64,000 bases of DNA from a virus. Both the position numbers and the translations under genes were made by a program. Below the pieces are notes generated by a model. The model saw only the letters and a list, made by a program, of their open reading frames with translations. It did no database searches and was not told where the DNA came from. The stretch is taken from IMG/VR virus record IMGVR_UViG_3300029305_006219, one strand, 5' to 3'. This document shows positions 41,063 through 50,455 of this stretch, piece after piece (within the stretch, counting starts at the first letter, position 1; each line of letters begins with the position of its first letter).

Positions 41063-41137
41063 TGGCAGGGGAGGTAGGAATCGAACCTACGTCTGTGGTT
41101 TTAGAGACCACGGTCTTGACCTTTCGACGACTCCCCA
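41063..41137 (-). tRNA. Amber suppressor tRNA, tRNA-Gln-like, anticodon CUA (reads UAG)
   Basis: Minus-strand sequence UGGGGAGUCGUCGAAAGGUCAAGACC GUGGU CUCUAAA ACCAC AGAC GUAGGUUCGAUUCCUAC CUCCCCU G CCA. The anticodon stem is 5 bp Watson-Crick and the loop is CUCUAAA. U1.U72, G2-C71, G3-C70 and the G73 discriminator follow the bacterial tRNA-Gln pattern. It closely parallels the tRNA-Gln(UUG) at 62245-62316. Confidence 0.75.
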
Positions 41138-41272
41138 GTATAAGTAATGAGGTGGCTGTTTATTAATATTTTACCTGTCGAAATTTAAGTTGTCAGGCGG
41201 CACCTTTCACACACCACTTTTTTCATTTCTTAACTCATTACATTTATATTATATACAAATTTTTTAGTTTTG

Positions 41273-41794
41273 TCAAATAAAGAAATCAATTGATTGTCTA
41301 AGTGGATCGTCATCTGGTTTAAACCAATATTCAATAAGCTCTTTATATTTCTTATGATTGCCAGTAGCTAAGGCATCTGCTAATTCATTACCTATATCAC
41401 CTGAGTGCCCGTCGCATTTGTGAACTTCTGCGTTGAAAAATGGGCGCGAAATGTAACTCCATATTGCTTTCATCAAATCGATATTTTCTACTTCTTGCTT
41501 TTTTGAGTTACGCCATCCATTAGCCGCCCATGTCCGCATCCAAGAGTTGCAACTATTGACAACATAAGCGCTATCAGAATAAATAATAAACTGGTCATTT
41601 GGATGAGACTCTACATATCCAAGGGCGCAAATCATTGCCTTTAACTCCATACGGTTATTGGTTGTATGATCTTCAGTGTCGTGCTCAGTGAAAATAATCT
41701 CAGTTTCATTTTCATTCATCACGATCATTCCCCAGCCACCTGGGCCCGGATTAAATCTTGCACTTCCGTCTGTGTATATATGATATTTAGCCAA
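41273..41794 (-). CDS. rnhA: Ribonuclease H (RNase HI type)
   Basis: Motifs YTDGSARFNPGPGGWG...NNRMEL...YSDS...; TTG start with a GGAG RBS. Confidence 0.8.
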   Translation of the reverse strand: MAKYHIYTDGSARFNPGPGGWGMIVMNENETEIIFTEHDTEDHTTNNRMELKAMICALGYVESHPNDQFIIYSDSAYVVNSCNSWMRTWAANGWRNSKKQEVENIDLMKAIWSYISRPFFNAEVHKCDGHSGDIGNELADALATGNHKKYKELIEYWFKPDDDPLRQSIDFFI

Positions 41795-42248
41795 GTTCGC
41801 TCTCCTTTCTAATTTTTAATACAGTGCTTAAACAAGCATATCTTAAGCCTAATTCTTTTTTATTTAAACAGTCATGATGATGTGGCAAATCACATAAAAC
41901 ACGATGAATAAATGTGCGGGTGTGTTCGTGCATAGCAATAGGTTTAGAACTCTTATTCAGCCACCATTCATATTCTTTTTGGTAACTGAAACTCTTTCCC
42001 ATATATGCGCGCCCGGCGCCTAGATAATCACAGAGCATCTCTACTGCATCTTTATAAGGCATCTGTACAGGGTGCCCACCATTGTCAAAATTGTCCTGCC
42101 AATATTCGTAATGGTGAGTGTTTCTACCTTTGTGGTGCATCCACGCTTTAGAGACACCTTTATCTTCTTTGCAAGCGTCAATGGGAGAGCGATTACCTTG
42201 ATAGTATCTCACCGACTCCCAGAATTCAGTCGGTGAGAATTTAGACAT
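41787..42248 (-). CDS. Hypothetical His/Cys-rich protein
   Basis: 153-aa ORF. Confidence 0.3.
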   Translation of the reverse strand: MSKFSPTEFWESVRYYQGNRSPIDACKEDKGVSKAWMHHKGRNTHHYEYWQDNFDNGGHPVQMPYKDAVEMLCDYLGAGRAYMGKSFSYQKEYEWWLNKSSKPIAMHEHTRTFIHRVLCDLPHHHDCLNKKELGLRYACLSTVLKIRKESELG

Positions 42249-42347
42249 ATCGTGTTTAATTCCGCGCCAAGGGAACCTGCTTTACAACAATAATAAAATA
42301 CCCAATATTTATGTTTGAGTATTTTACCGAAGTGACGACAAGTATTC

Positions 42348-42656
42348 TTAATAGTAATTTTGGGAGTCATTTATAGTTGCAATCCTTTCTGATTTATATC
42401 CATTATCATTAATCACTGTAAAATCAATATCATCATACCAAATAAAAACATTATGATTAGGAAAGCAATCTTGAAGAGTGCGTTTTAATGTATTAAGTTT
42501 TTCAAAATCATAGCCCGAATTTCGAGAGATGCGCGCAACCAGTACTGCATTCCGCTCAAGGGTAAGAGTATTAAGTTGCATAGAGGCAAGGTTTGGCGCC
42601 TCATAGTATTTAGGCATGCCTTGTTCTATTGGAGTGCCCGTATAATAATCAATCAT
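42348..42656 (-). CDS. Hypothetical protein
   Basis: 102-aa ORF. Confidence 0.3.
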   Translation of the reverse strand: MIDYYTGTPIEQGMPKYYEAPNLASMQLNTLTLERNAVLVARISRNSGYDFEKLNTLKRTLQDCFPNHNVFIWYDDIDFTVINDNGYKSERIATINDSQNYY

Positions 42657-42736
42657 ATATCAATTCTTCCTTTTTTTATTTTTTATTTCTTATAATAATT
42701 ATAATATATTTTTAATAAAAAATCAAAGAAGGAAGA

Positions 42737-43030
42737 TTACTCTCCCTTCTTTAACTTTTCTCTCATTATTTCAAGTGCTGAATCTACCATTTTTGAAAAG
42801 AGTTTAAATGGTAATACTTTTCCTACTAGTGGGAACTTTTGAACTAGTCTATCATGAACTAACCTTAGTTTGTCTTGTCCATGCCCTACGCCGATTTCTG
42901 TTTCTGCGGCAGTAACAGCTTCAAGCAGCCATTTCTTTAATGTATTACGTTTAAAGATGAACATTATTACAAGAAATGCTACAGCGAGTACCGCAGCAAT
43001 AATATAAAATACTGTTTGCATCGGTATCAC
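42737..43030 (-). CDS. Holin, LL-H family-like (single N-terminal TM helix)
   Basis: TM segment VFYIIAAVLAVAFLVIMFIF, then KKWLLEAVTAAETEIGVGHGQDKLRLVHDRL, which resembles the phage_holin_LLH family. Confidence 0.4.
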   Translation of the reverse strand: MIPMQTVFYIIAAVLAVAFLVIMFIFKRNTLKKWLLEAVTAAETEIGVGHGQDKLRLVHDRLVQKFPLVGKVLPFKLFSKMVDSALEIMREKLKKGE

Positions 43031-43067
43031 ATCCTTTCATATAATTATGAAAAATGCAATAGATATA

Positions 43068-43511
43068 TTAATTAGTTTTGTCCTTAAGCGCTCTTTGAAG
43101 AGTAGCATTTTTGAAACCAAGGTCACGAGTAATAATGGTATTATGATAAGAGCGTTTAAGGTATTGAATGCGCGCAGACCATTCATCATATCGTGCTTTG
43201 ACTTCGTCTACTTTAATTCGCATCTTTTTTACCCAAAAATCATCTACATTATAGGTGCGAGTAGTGATCATATTACGCCAGAATTCAGTTAGCGCCTTAA
43301 GTTGCGCAGAATAAAAAGCTTTTTTTGCTTTTGCATATTCAATTTCAGCTTTTGTTTCTGCAAGAGTCCAACCGAATATATCACTTTCATGCGCCCAGTC
43401 CTCCTCACGGCAAACTGTGGCGCCAGTAAACTCTCCTAAATCTGTACCTATTGTTACCAGATAGCTATGAGAATCTGGTTTTATATTTTCAATTAATGTA
43501 TGTTGCTTCAT
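43068..43511 (-). CDS. Hypothetical protein
   Basis: 147-aa ORF. Confidence 0.3.
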   Translation of the reverse strand: MKQHTLIENIKPDSHSYLVTIGTDLGEFTGATVCREEDWAHESDIFGWTLAETKAEIEYAKAKKAFYSAQLKALTEFWRNMITTRTYNVDDFWVKKMRIKVDEVKARYDEWSARIQYLKRSYHNTIITRDLGFKNATLQRALKDKTN

Positions 43512-43601
43512 CGTAGCTCTATTTTCTCCTTTATAGCATAAAATATTTTTTCAATTTCAAAACGGTTTTCCATAAACCAATGGTAAATAGGAAATATAAT
43601 A

Positions 43602-44150
43602 TTAATCATTCTTTTGAATCTCCTTCCAATGCTCAGTAATCTCTTCAATAACTGTATCAAGTAGTACGGGTCTACAATCATGCGCATCCATATTTACGTT
43701 GTAGCAAAAAGAGTGTTCACACCACTTTGAAGTAGAGTGAGTGTGTCCATGTAAATTCCATGTAGCTAACCAACATTTGTCTTTTCCGTTGCCTGTAAGG
43801 GTAGGATAATGGCTAAGATAAAAACTTTTCTTTTTGTATTTTAACCTATATGCAAAATGAACATCGTATCCAAGTTCTTTATATATAGCAATTCGAGTAT
43901 CCGTGCAATGGTTGCCACAAACCACATGAATATGTCCTTTGAGTTGTTTAAGAGCGGCCGCCCCTTTTTCATTATCATTCATCATTAAATCGCCAAGAAT
44001 CCAGACATCATCTTCATGATCAACCAATTCATTCCATCTTTTAATAATTTCTTCGTTCATATGGTCTGGAGAAGTGAATCCTCGTGCTTCCCATACAAAT
44101 GGTTGAATATGGGATAGATGCAAATCGCTAGTTACATATATTTTACCCAT
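43602..44150 (-). CDS. Calcineurin-like metallophosphoesterase (candidate RNA/DNA 3'-phosphatase or 2',3'-cyclic phosphodiesterase)
   Basis: Motifs DLHLSH, GDLMMND, GNHC, GHTH. Confidence 0.65.
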   Translation of the reverse strand: MGKIYVTSDLHLSHIQPFVWEARGFTSPDHMNEEIIKRWNELVDHEDDVWILGDLMMNDNEKGAAALKQLKGHIHVVCGNHCTDTRIAIYKELGYDVHFAYRLKYKKKSFYLSHYPTLTGNGKDKCWLATWNLHGHTHSTSKWCEHSFCYNVNMDAHDCRPVLLDTVIEEITEHWKEIQKND

Positions 44151-44155
44151 ATTTT

Positions 44156-44368
44156 TTACATCCTTTCTATCATTTTATTTAGTTCATTTACTGCAAAATT
44201 ATAATTATTTAATATTCCTATCGCTTGTAGAATATCAGTATTACTTTTAGAAGAAACGCAATGCGTCTTAATACAACACTGCTGTTTATCATAGTCCCAC
44301 CAAGCGCAACGCTTTGCTTCACACTCTGTACTATGACCATATTGATTAGTTTTCATTGGACATTGCAT
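44156..44368 (-). CDS. Hypothetical Cys-rich protein
   Basis: 70-aa ORF. Confidence 0.3.
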   Translation of the reverse strand: MQCPMKTNQYGHSTECEAKRCAWWDYDKQQCCIKTHCVSSKSNTDILQAIGILNNYNFAVNELNKMIERM

Positions 44369-44372
44369 TTAA

Positions 44373-44849
44373 TCACCACTCTCTAATACGAGTAATTTTA
44401 GTAAAACCTTCATCTCTTGTAGGTGCCTCCATTTGAAAGAACATTCTACGAATGACTCCACGCGGCACTCGTGCGCGCCCTTCGCGCAGTTCGTTTCTTA
44501 TAAGTGCAGTTTCAAGAGGAACCTCTATTACTATTATTTCTATTTCATCTGCAAATTTAGCGACTTTATTAAGAACTTTAGCGCGCGCCTTTTTATTAAG
44601 ATGAGTCGCATCTGCTATTGCAATTTCATCTACTATAAGACTGCCAATAATTTGATAAATAAACTTATCAAAAACTTCATCTTCATAGTCAAAATACTCG
44701 CCGCCTCTTTTATCAAGCAATTCAAAACGAATTGCATCTCTTGATACAGGTATTATATCTGGAAAATTATTTTTTATCCAAGTACTTTTACCAGAACCTG
44801 GAACTCCGCACATCATAATTAATTTACTCATTCTTCTATCTCCTTCCAA
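44373..44849 (-). CDS. P-loop polynucleotide kinase-like protein (AAA_33/Pnk kinase domain)
   Basis: Walker A motif MMCGVPGSGKST, small kinase fold of about 158 aa, adjacent to the phosphoesterase and near the RNA ligase. Confidence 0.5.
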   Translation of the reverse strand: MEGDRRMSKLIMMCGVPGSGKSTWIKNNFPDIIPVSRDAIRFELLDKRGGEYFDYEDEVFDKFIYQIIGSLIVDEIAIADATHLNKKARAKVLNKVAKFADEIEIIVIEVPLETALIRNELREGRARVPRGVIRRMFFQMEAPTRDEGFTKITRIREW

Positions 44850-45160
44850 CTAATCCATATTTTTATTTCTACGGGGATTATTGTTCCCGATCCTTTGATC
44901 TCTTGGAGTTCAACACTATATCCAAAATCCGTAAGAAGATCAATTAATACATCTTCAAATACTGAGAATGTAAACTCTTTTTCCCAAAAGACTTCTTTAG
45001 TCCATTTATAGGAAACATGGTATTCTCCTTCACTTGCTGCTTTTTTAATACGCGGATTAATGAAACGATTAATTTCATCTATTGCAAACTGCTTTGCGCG
45101 TTCTCTTTCGCGACTATTAAAACTATCTGCTATTCTTTTAGCTTCTATTGCACCTATCAT
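44828..45160 (-). CDS. Hypothetical protein
   Basis: 110-aa ORF. Confidence 0.3.
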   Translation of the reverse strand: MIGAIEAKRIADSFNSRERERAKQFAIDEINRFINPRIKKAASEGEYHVSYKWTKEVFWEKEFTFSVFEDVLIDLLTDFGYSVELQEIKGSGTIIPVEIKIWISWKEIEE

Positions 45161-45184
45161 TTTTATTCCCTTCTTTTCATTTCT

Positions 45185-45262
45185 TTCTTATTTTATAATT
45201 TATTATAACATATTTTTTTAATAAAATCAAAAAAGCCGCTAAAAAGCGGCTTTTGTTGTTTT
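45185..45262 (-). promoter_or_regulatory. Intergenic terminator plus sigma-A promoter module (repeated family)
   Basis: Minus strand: hairpin AAAAGCCGCTTTTTAGCGGCTTTT, then TTGATT-17 nt-TGTTATAAT. Confidence 0.5.
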
Positions 45263-46062
45263 TAGATAATATAGAATTTATTTGTACCTGCGCTAAGAGT
45301 GAAAGTTCCTGCTTCACCATATTGTACAAATTTAGACAAATCAGTGATGATAGTTCCCGTTTTCCATATCGCAGCATCCATTGTTATTTCTTCGGCGCCA
45401 AGTGTAACAACACCAGTATTAGCAATACTTAAAGTTGTTTCTGTTGTTTCTATTGTAGGCACTCCTTCAATTTGAACGAAAATAGCTGTTCCTGTAGGAA
45501 TTGTCATTGTGACATCTTCTTTATCATAAATCTCAAGAGTAAATAATACATCCTTATCTTCTTCTGTAATACCAGGCATCGCATCAAAAGTGAAAGTAAA
45601 AGCAGAAGGATCTCCTGAAGGAGCCATTGCTAAATTAAGGTTAGATTGTAATTTTGCTCTTGGAATTACAATATATGCTGGATGATCATTACCAGATTCA
45701 TCTCTAAATAAAGTATCAGCAGTAATTTTATAATATCCAGCAAAAGATGTTGTTTTAGATGTAAATTTAATACCATTATTAGTATCTTTTACATCTGCTC
45801 CAGTTAAGGCATAAAAGCTTTCCATTGTAATAAGTGCATCTTCAACGGTAAAGGTAAGTGTTTTTTCACCTTCCCAAGCCATTAAACGAGAGTTTCCTTT
45901 TCCTCCTTGTGCATAAACGGTAGTAGAAGCACCTTCAAGAGTAGAAGTTTTGGCTGTCTCAATGTCGAATTGCGCTGGACCAACACCAGAAAGTTTTTCT
46001 AAGTGCATATCGCATACTTCACGAATACCAAATCTCATATGTATAATCTCCTTTATTCTCAA
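45262..46062 (-). CDS. Hypothetical protein, possibly structural (Thr/Gly-rich beta-type)
   Basis: 266-aa ORF. Confidence 0.3.
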   Translation of the reverse strand: MRIKEIIHMRFGIREVCDMHLEKLSGVGPAQFDIETAKTSTLEGASTTVYAQGGKGNSRLMAWEGEKTLTFTVEDALITMESFYALTGADVKDTNNGIKFTSKTTSFAGYYKITADTLFRDESGNDHPAYIVIPRAKLQSNLNLAMAPSGDPSAFTFTFDAMPGITEEDKDVLFTLEIYDKEDVTMTIPTGTAIFVQIEGVPTIETTETTLSIANTGVVTLGAEEITMDAAIWKTGTIITDLSKFVQYGEAGTFTLSAGTNKFYII

Positions 46063-46143
46063 ATTTTATAGTAGTTAGCGGCAAGCTATTTATCTATAAA
46101 AATATGAAAATAAAGGAGATTATTTTAATTTATTTTGACCTTT

Positions 46144-47580
46144 TTATTCTTCAGTAACCTCTTGAGCCTCTTCCATATCAGGTGCGGCGGCCTCGGCTTT
46201 GACCAGCCCTTCTAGACACTTGAAACTAAAGTTCTTGTGTTTGTATGCGGCGAACTTAGGTCTATTGATTATACGCACAACTACTCCTTCACGGACATGG
46301 GTCTTTCCAATAGGATCGGCGCCATCATAAAATTCTTCTGCAATCTTCATTACAAGGTCACCAAGAGTCATTCCCTCTTTAAGAAGATAATCGTGATCAT
46401 AGCCATCGGGTGCTACAAAATGCGCGCGATCAGCGCTTAATATAACTTTTCCAAATACAGGCACAGTCTTAACCCCCATCTGCTCGCAACGGTAACGCAT
46501 GAGGTCAGGAGTGTACTCGACTATCTCACCATCCTCGTTAGTCATTGTCATACGGTAAACATAGATGTCTGACTGAGGGATGCTATAATCTATAGTGGGC
46601 ATGACGTTAGGTTCATCATATTCAGTAACTTTAAAACCAAAAGGCTCGCATCCATAGGAGAAACGAGTAATCTCGCCATACTGCTTGATGAATTCCTTAT
46701 CATTAAGCTTCTTGTTAGAAGCATCACCCATGATAGGAGCACCATTGGTTGTGAATCCTACTACTTCATAGTAGACCGTTTCTCCTTTATTCAGCTTATC
46801 CTCGAATATTTTAGAGTGTTGTTCACGAAACTCGTTACTTCCGTAAAAACCGCCATCATAATTTTCAAGAACTACGCGGCGGGTGCCAGAAACATAACCC
46901 CAATCATAAATAGGAGTGCCTTCCTTGCGAGTAAGCTTCTTCCAAAAGCTGCGCTTATATCCTTTAAGAGTAGGTAGACATCCTGTTCTTTGACTAGTTC
47001 CATGCATCTTAAGCGTGATCTCAATTTCATCACCTACTTTAAAAGCGCCGAGATTATATGCCAACTGCTCAGTATCCGCATGCTCTTTGAAGAGAGGTGC
47101 AGTAGGAACTTTCTTTTTACGAGTTCTATTGCCTTCAGTTACAGTACCGCGGCGAATGTTGGTACGAGGTATATACTTGCAGCAGATTTCGTGTCCGTTA
47201 ACTAGACCATCAATTATATCTCCAGCTTTAAGATGAGCGGCGGCCGCCCCATCCTCAAAGCAATAGTCAAGCGCTGATAGAGGAAGGAAAAGACCGTCAC
47301 TCTTCTCACTGCGCAGACGAATTGCGGTTACATTTCTTTTATCTGGGTCCATGTATCCACCAATCTGGTTTCCTGCATCATCTTTCTTACGGAGTAGGTT
47401 ATTATGCTCAGCAAATTCTACCGATACCTGACCATCAGTGGGTAGATAAATACCCACTTGACCTTCAAAATAGCTAGTGGATACGCATACGGTATTACCA
47501 AAGCAATCTCCAAGAAGCAGTCTATCTGCATTAGGATGCTTACGCACATTTTTCAGTGTAGTTATATATGCTTTATACAT
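46144..47580 (-). CDS. ATP-dependent RNA ligase (Rnl2-like nucleotidyltransferase) with N-terminal tRNA-binding (Myf/CsaA-like OB) domain
   Basis: N-terminal KHPNADRLLLGDCFGNTVCV resembles the tRNA-binding OB-fold motif. LKMHGTSQRTG matches the KxHGT(N/S) motif I of Rnl2-type ligases. 478 aa. Confidence 0.6.
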   Translation of the reverse strand: MYKAYITTLKNVRKHPNADRLLLGDCFGNTVCVSTSYFEGQVGIYLPTDGQVSVEFAEHNNLLRKKDDAGNQIGGYMDPDKRNVTAIRLRSEKSDGLFLPLSALDYCFEDGAAAAHLKAGDIIDGLVNGHEICCKYIPRTNIRRGTVTEGNRTRKKKVPTAPLFKEHADTEQLAYNLGAFKVGDEIEITLKMHGTSQRTGCLPTLKGYKRSFWKKLTRKEGTPIYDWGYVSGTRRVVLENYDGGFYGSNEFREQHSKIFEDKLNKGETVYYEVVGFTTNGAPIMGDASNKKLNDKEFIKQYGEITRFSYGCEPFGFKVTEYDEPNVMPTIDYSIPQSDIYVYRMTMTNEDGEIVEYTPDLMRYRCEQMGVKTVPVFGKVILSADRAHFVAPDGYDHDYLLKEGMTLGDLVMKIAEEFYDGADPIGKTHVREGVVVRIINRPKFAAYKHKNFSFKCLEGLVKAEAAAPDMEEAQEVTEE

Positions 47581-47595
47581 TTTTCTTTATCTCCT

Positions 47596-48531
47596 TTAAT
47601 TCTCTAAACATTCTTTTAACATACTAGCGCGCATAGGATTACGCAGTTTTCTCATAGCTTTTTCTTCAATCTGACGTATGCGCTCTTTTGAAAGACCATA
47701 AACCTTGCCAACGTCTTCCAAAGTCTGCGCTTTTTGATTGTTTAATCCATATCTACGAATTACAATATCAGCTTCTCGTTCATCAAGAGTAGATAATACT
47801 GTCTTTATCTTTTGAGAAACTTCTGCTTTGAATATATCTTCAATGGGCGACTCTGCGCCGTCGTCTGCTATAAGATCTCCAATAGTAGCATCATCTTCGT
47901 CGTTCAAAGTCTGATCAATAGAAACAGGCTCTTTTACAATATTTTGAAGTTCGCGCACCTTATTAATATCAAGCTTCATATAGGCGGCAAGTTCTGCGGC
48001 AGTAGGCTCGCGCTTAAATTCTTGATATAACTCACTATTCGCTCTACCAAGTTTATTCAAAGCTTCGATAATGTGATGCGGCACGCGAATTGTACGAGAC
48101 TGCTCTACCAACATTCTTGAAATAGACTGTTTAATCCAATAGGTGGCATAGGTAGAAAACTTATATCCCATTGTATAATCCCATTTATCAACTGCGCGTA
48201 TCAATCCGATATTACCTTCTTGAATCAAATCAAGAAAAGGGATTTTAGTTTTATTAGTATATCGTTTTGATATGCTAATAACCAAACGCAGATTAGATTC
48301 AATAAGTTTATTTCGCGCCGATAAATCACCTTGAGTAATCTTTGCGCCGAGCTCTTGTTCTTCTTCTGCTGTCAACAACGGAATATGTCTTATAGAGTTG
48401 ATATAAGCTCTTGTGGCATCGGGCAAATAATCACTTGTTTCAAACTCTAAATCAATTGTTTCTTCTTCAATCATTACATTACTTTTTGTCATACTATTTT
48501 CTCTCTTTCTCATTTTAATTTTCTTTAGCAT
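47596..48531 (-). CDS. Sigma-70 family RNA polymerase sigma factor
   Basis: Region 2 DLIQEGNIGLIRAVDKWD and region 4 GLSKERIRQIEEKAMRKLR. Confidence 0.8.
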   Translation of the reverse strand: MLKKIKMRKRENSMTKSNVMIEEETIDLEFETSDYLPDATRAYINSIRHIPLLTAEEEQELGAKITQGDLSARNKLIESNLRLVISISKRYTNKTKIPFLDLIQEGNIGLIRAVDKWDYTMGYKFSTYATYWIKQSISRMLVEQSRTIRVPHHIIEALNKLGRANSELYQEFKREPTAAELAAYMKLDINKVRELQNIVKEPVSIDQTLNDEDDATIGDLIADDGAESPIEDIFKAEVSQKIKTVLSTLDEREADIVIRRYGLNNQKAQTLEDVGKVYGLSKERIRQIEEKAMRKLRNPMRASMLKECLEN

Positions 48532-48572
48532 ATTATTATAACATAATTTTTTGAAAAAGTCAATCGATTCCT

Positions 48573-48821
48573 TTATGTTTCCGTTCCTGTTATAATATGT
48601 GTTGGAATAGGTGGGACAATTGCGGCAAATTTTGACCAGCTACCATAGTCAATAAAAGTTGCAGTTTCAGCCATTAAAATGCGCCAATAGGGATTGTTTG
48701 CCGCCTTAGGGATAGCTTCTCGAATTATTTCACAAGCTTCTTGATAGGTATTAGCTTCACCTATCTCAGTTTCGTTGTGAAGAGTTTCTATTGAATCTGA
48801 CGTAAAAATTTTATATTTCAT
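48573..48821 (-). CDS. Hypothetical protein
   Basis: 82-aa ORF. Confidence 0.3.
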   Translation of the reverse strand: MKYKIFTSDSIETLHNETEIGEANTYQEACEIIREAIPKAANNPYWRILMAETATFIDYGSWSKFAAIVPPIPTHIITGTET

Positions 48822-48839
48822 TTTTTTCTCTTCTCTTTT

Positions 48840-49202
48840 TTATTTATCTTCTAAAGGATTTACTTCGTCAATGATAACATTGAATGTCGAAAAGTAAATA
48901 ATATGACGCATACCTTGTTCATCATCCCAAAGAATATAAGTAGTATGATCAGTTTCGATGTCAAACTTACCAGAATACTCTGCGACAAGATCTCCATCTA
49001 TATCATAAACTTTAACAGTTCGATATAGACCGCCATTCCAGTTACTATCCATATCTTTGCAGCTACGGGCGCAACCTTCAGAGCATGAACATAGCGCCAG
49101 CGCTATTAAAAGCATGCATACTGTGACAATAATACGATGTTTGTTAGTTTTGAGGAATTTCTTCATTTTTCTTTTCTCCTTGTTCTTTATTTTCAATTTC
49201 AT
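48840..49202 (-). CDS. Putative lipoprotein
   Basis: Basic N-terminus, hydrophobic segment, then a LALCSCS lipobox-like sequence. Confidence 0.4.
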   Translation of the reverse strand: MKLKIKNKEKRKMKKFLKTNKHRIIVTVCMLLIALALCSCSEGCARSCKDMDSNWNGGLYRTVKVYDIDGDLVAEYSGKFDIETDHTTYILWDDEQGMRHIIYFSTFNVIIDEVNPLEDK

Positions 49203-49313
49203 TCAAAAAATTTGCAAACTCTGTAAATTCACTTGCAAGTCTTAAAAATCCAAGCCCTGCATAATAATTAGCTCTTTCAGTGGCTTTATTTTTTAATTCG
49301 ACAAGTCTTTCTT

Positions 49314-49730
49314 TCATAGTAGTTTCTCCATTTCCGACACATCAACGCCTTTGCCGCGAAGATTGTCGATGCACTCTTTCAAGTATTCATCGTTATGTTC
49401 GGGATAAATGATTTTACTCATTTGGTTTGCATCCATCCAAATATTAGATAATACTGTGGTATCAACCCAGTTAATATCATGTTGTAAAACATTTCCTCTC
49501 CAGTTAGGATCTTCCCAAATGAGATCAGGGTGATATCCTCTTTTCTGCATTTCCATCATAATGTGCCAATGATATGCAACCAATAGTTCAGGTCTATGAG
49601 TAAACACATAATCAACTGTCGCATGTTTCTTACCCCAACCTTTACCTCTTAAAGCGGCACATTCGCGATGTTGACCTAGCAATTGTTGTCTAGGAAGGTA
49701 GGGTATTAGTTTTTGATGCCAGAGTCTCAC
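49314..49730 (-). CDS. Pyrimidine-dimer DNA glycosylase (T4 endonuclease V/DenV-like)
   Basis: N-terminal MRLWHQKLIPYLPRQQLLGQHRECAALRGKGWGKKH resembles T4 endoV [27 protein letters not shown]. Confidence 0.45.
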   Translation of the reverse strand: MRLWHQKLIPYLPRQQLLGQHRECAALRGKGWGKKHATVDYVFTHRPELLVAYHWHIMMEMQKRGYHPDLIWEDPNWRGNVLQHDINWVDTTVLSNIWMDANQMSKIIYPEHNDEYLKECIDNLRGKGVDVSEMEKLL

Positions 49731-50353
49731 GCTTTTATCCCCCTTATTTCAAATCCATAACAAAATAACTTTTCAACATCAGGTTGAACAGCTATTGTTT
49801 TAATCTTTTTACGCATTTTTTTACTTTCAAATTCTGCGCCCATCTGTTTTTTAATAAGCGTAAGCGCTTCTGTGATGGCTATGTCACCATTTTTTACTGT
49901 AAATTTATTTTTTACTTTACTTGAGGCGGGCGCATTTCGAGGAATAATCTCAAAAGCATCATATTTTTGACCGTAAGGACAACCTGCAGAAACTATTTCT
50001 TTTGAGTTGTCAATTTTGCCAATAAAATCCATCTTTGCGCGTTTAATATTTTCTTCATAAGTTACCCACTCAAGATTTTCTAAGCTATTATCTCTTTTAT
50101 TATGATTTTTGTGATCAACAGTAAGATTTTCAGCCTCATCCGTGGGGCGCTAAGTAAGCATCACTAAACGATGAGCAAGTATTTTCGTGCAAGTTGTGCA
50201 ATCAACTTTAACACAACAATACCCTTTCTGACTTATTTTAATAGGCAAATCGGCTTTATCTCTATTACGAAAGCGCCCATGCGTTGATACATAAACACCA
50301 TAATCTTTATTAAATTTCCATCTTTCAAAGTGAATTTTAAGTGTTGGCAACAT
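49727..50353 (-). CDS. HNH homing endonuclease, 1 in-frame TAG
   Basis: ORF 50150..50425 (GYCCVKVDC...AHRLVMLT) reads through TAG 50150-52 into LTVDHKNHNKRDNSLENLEWVTYEEN (the HNH core) and ORF 49727..50032. The upstream M at 50425 lies inside the repeat module; ATG 50351-53 is preferred. Confidence 0.7.
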
Positions 50354-50384
50354 TTTTCTTTTCCTCTCTTTTTGCTTTTCATTT

Positions 50385-50455
50385 CTTTTATAATTTATTA
50401 TAACATATTTTTTTAATAAAATCAAAAGGCACTCATAAGAGTGCCTTTAAGTTGT
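50385..50455 (-). promoter_or_regulatory. Intergenic terminator plus sigma-A promoter module (repeated family)
   Basis: Minus strand: hairpin AAAGGCACTCTTATGAGTGCCTTT, then TTGATT-17 nt-TGTTATAAT. Confidence 0.5.

Noticed and set aside
3184-49730. Possibility that TGA is also recoded (code 4-like)
   Set aside because: TGA terminates many genes exactly at ATGA overlaps with the next start (nrdD/nrdG, ligA, topoisomerase A, the HNH gene, the tail anchor/LRR pair). The frame after the TGA that separates the HE3 and recJ reading frames has no sensible continuation. No tRNA with anticodon UCA was found.
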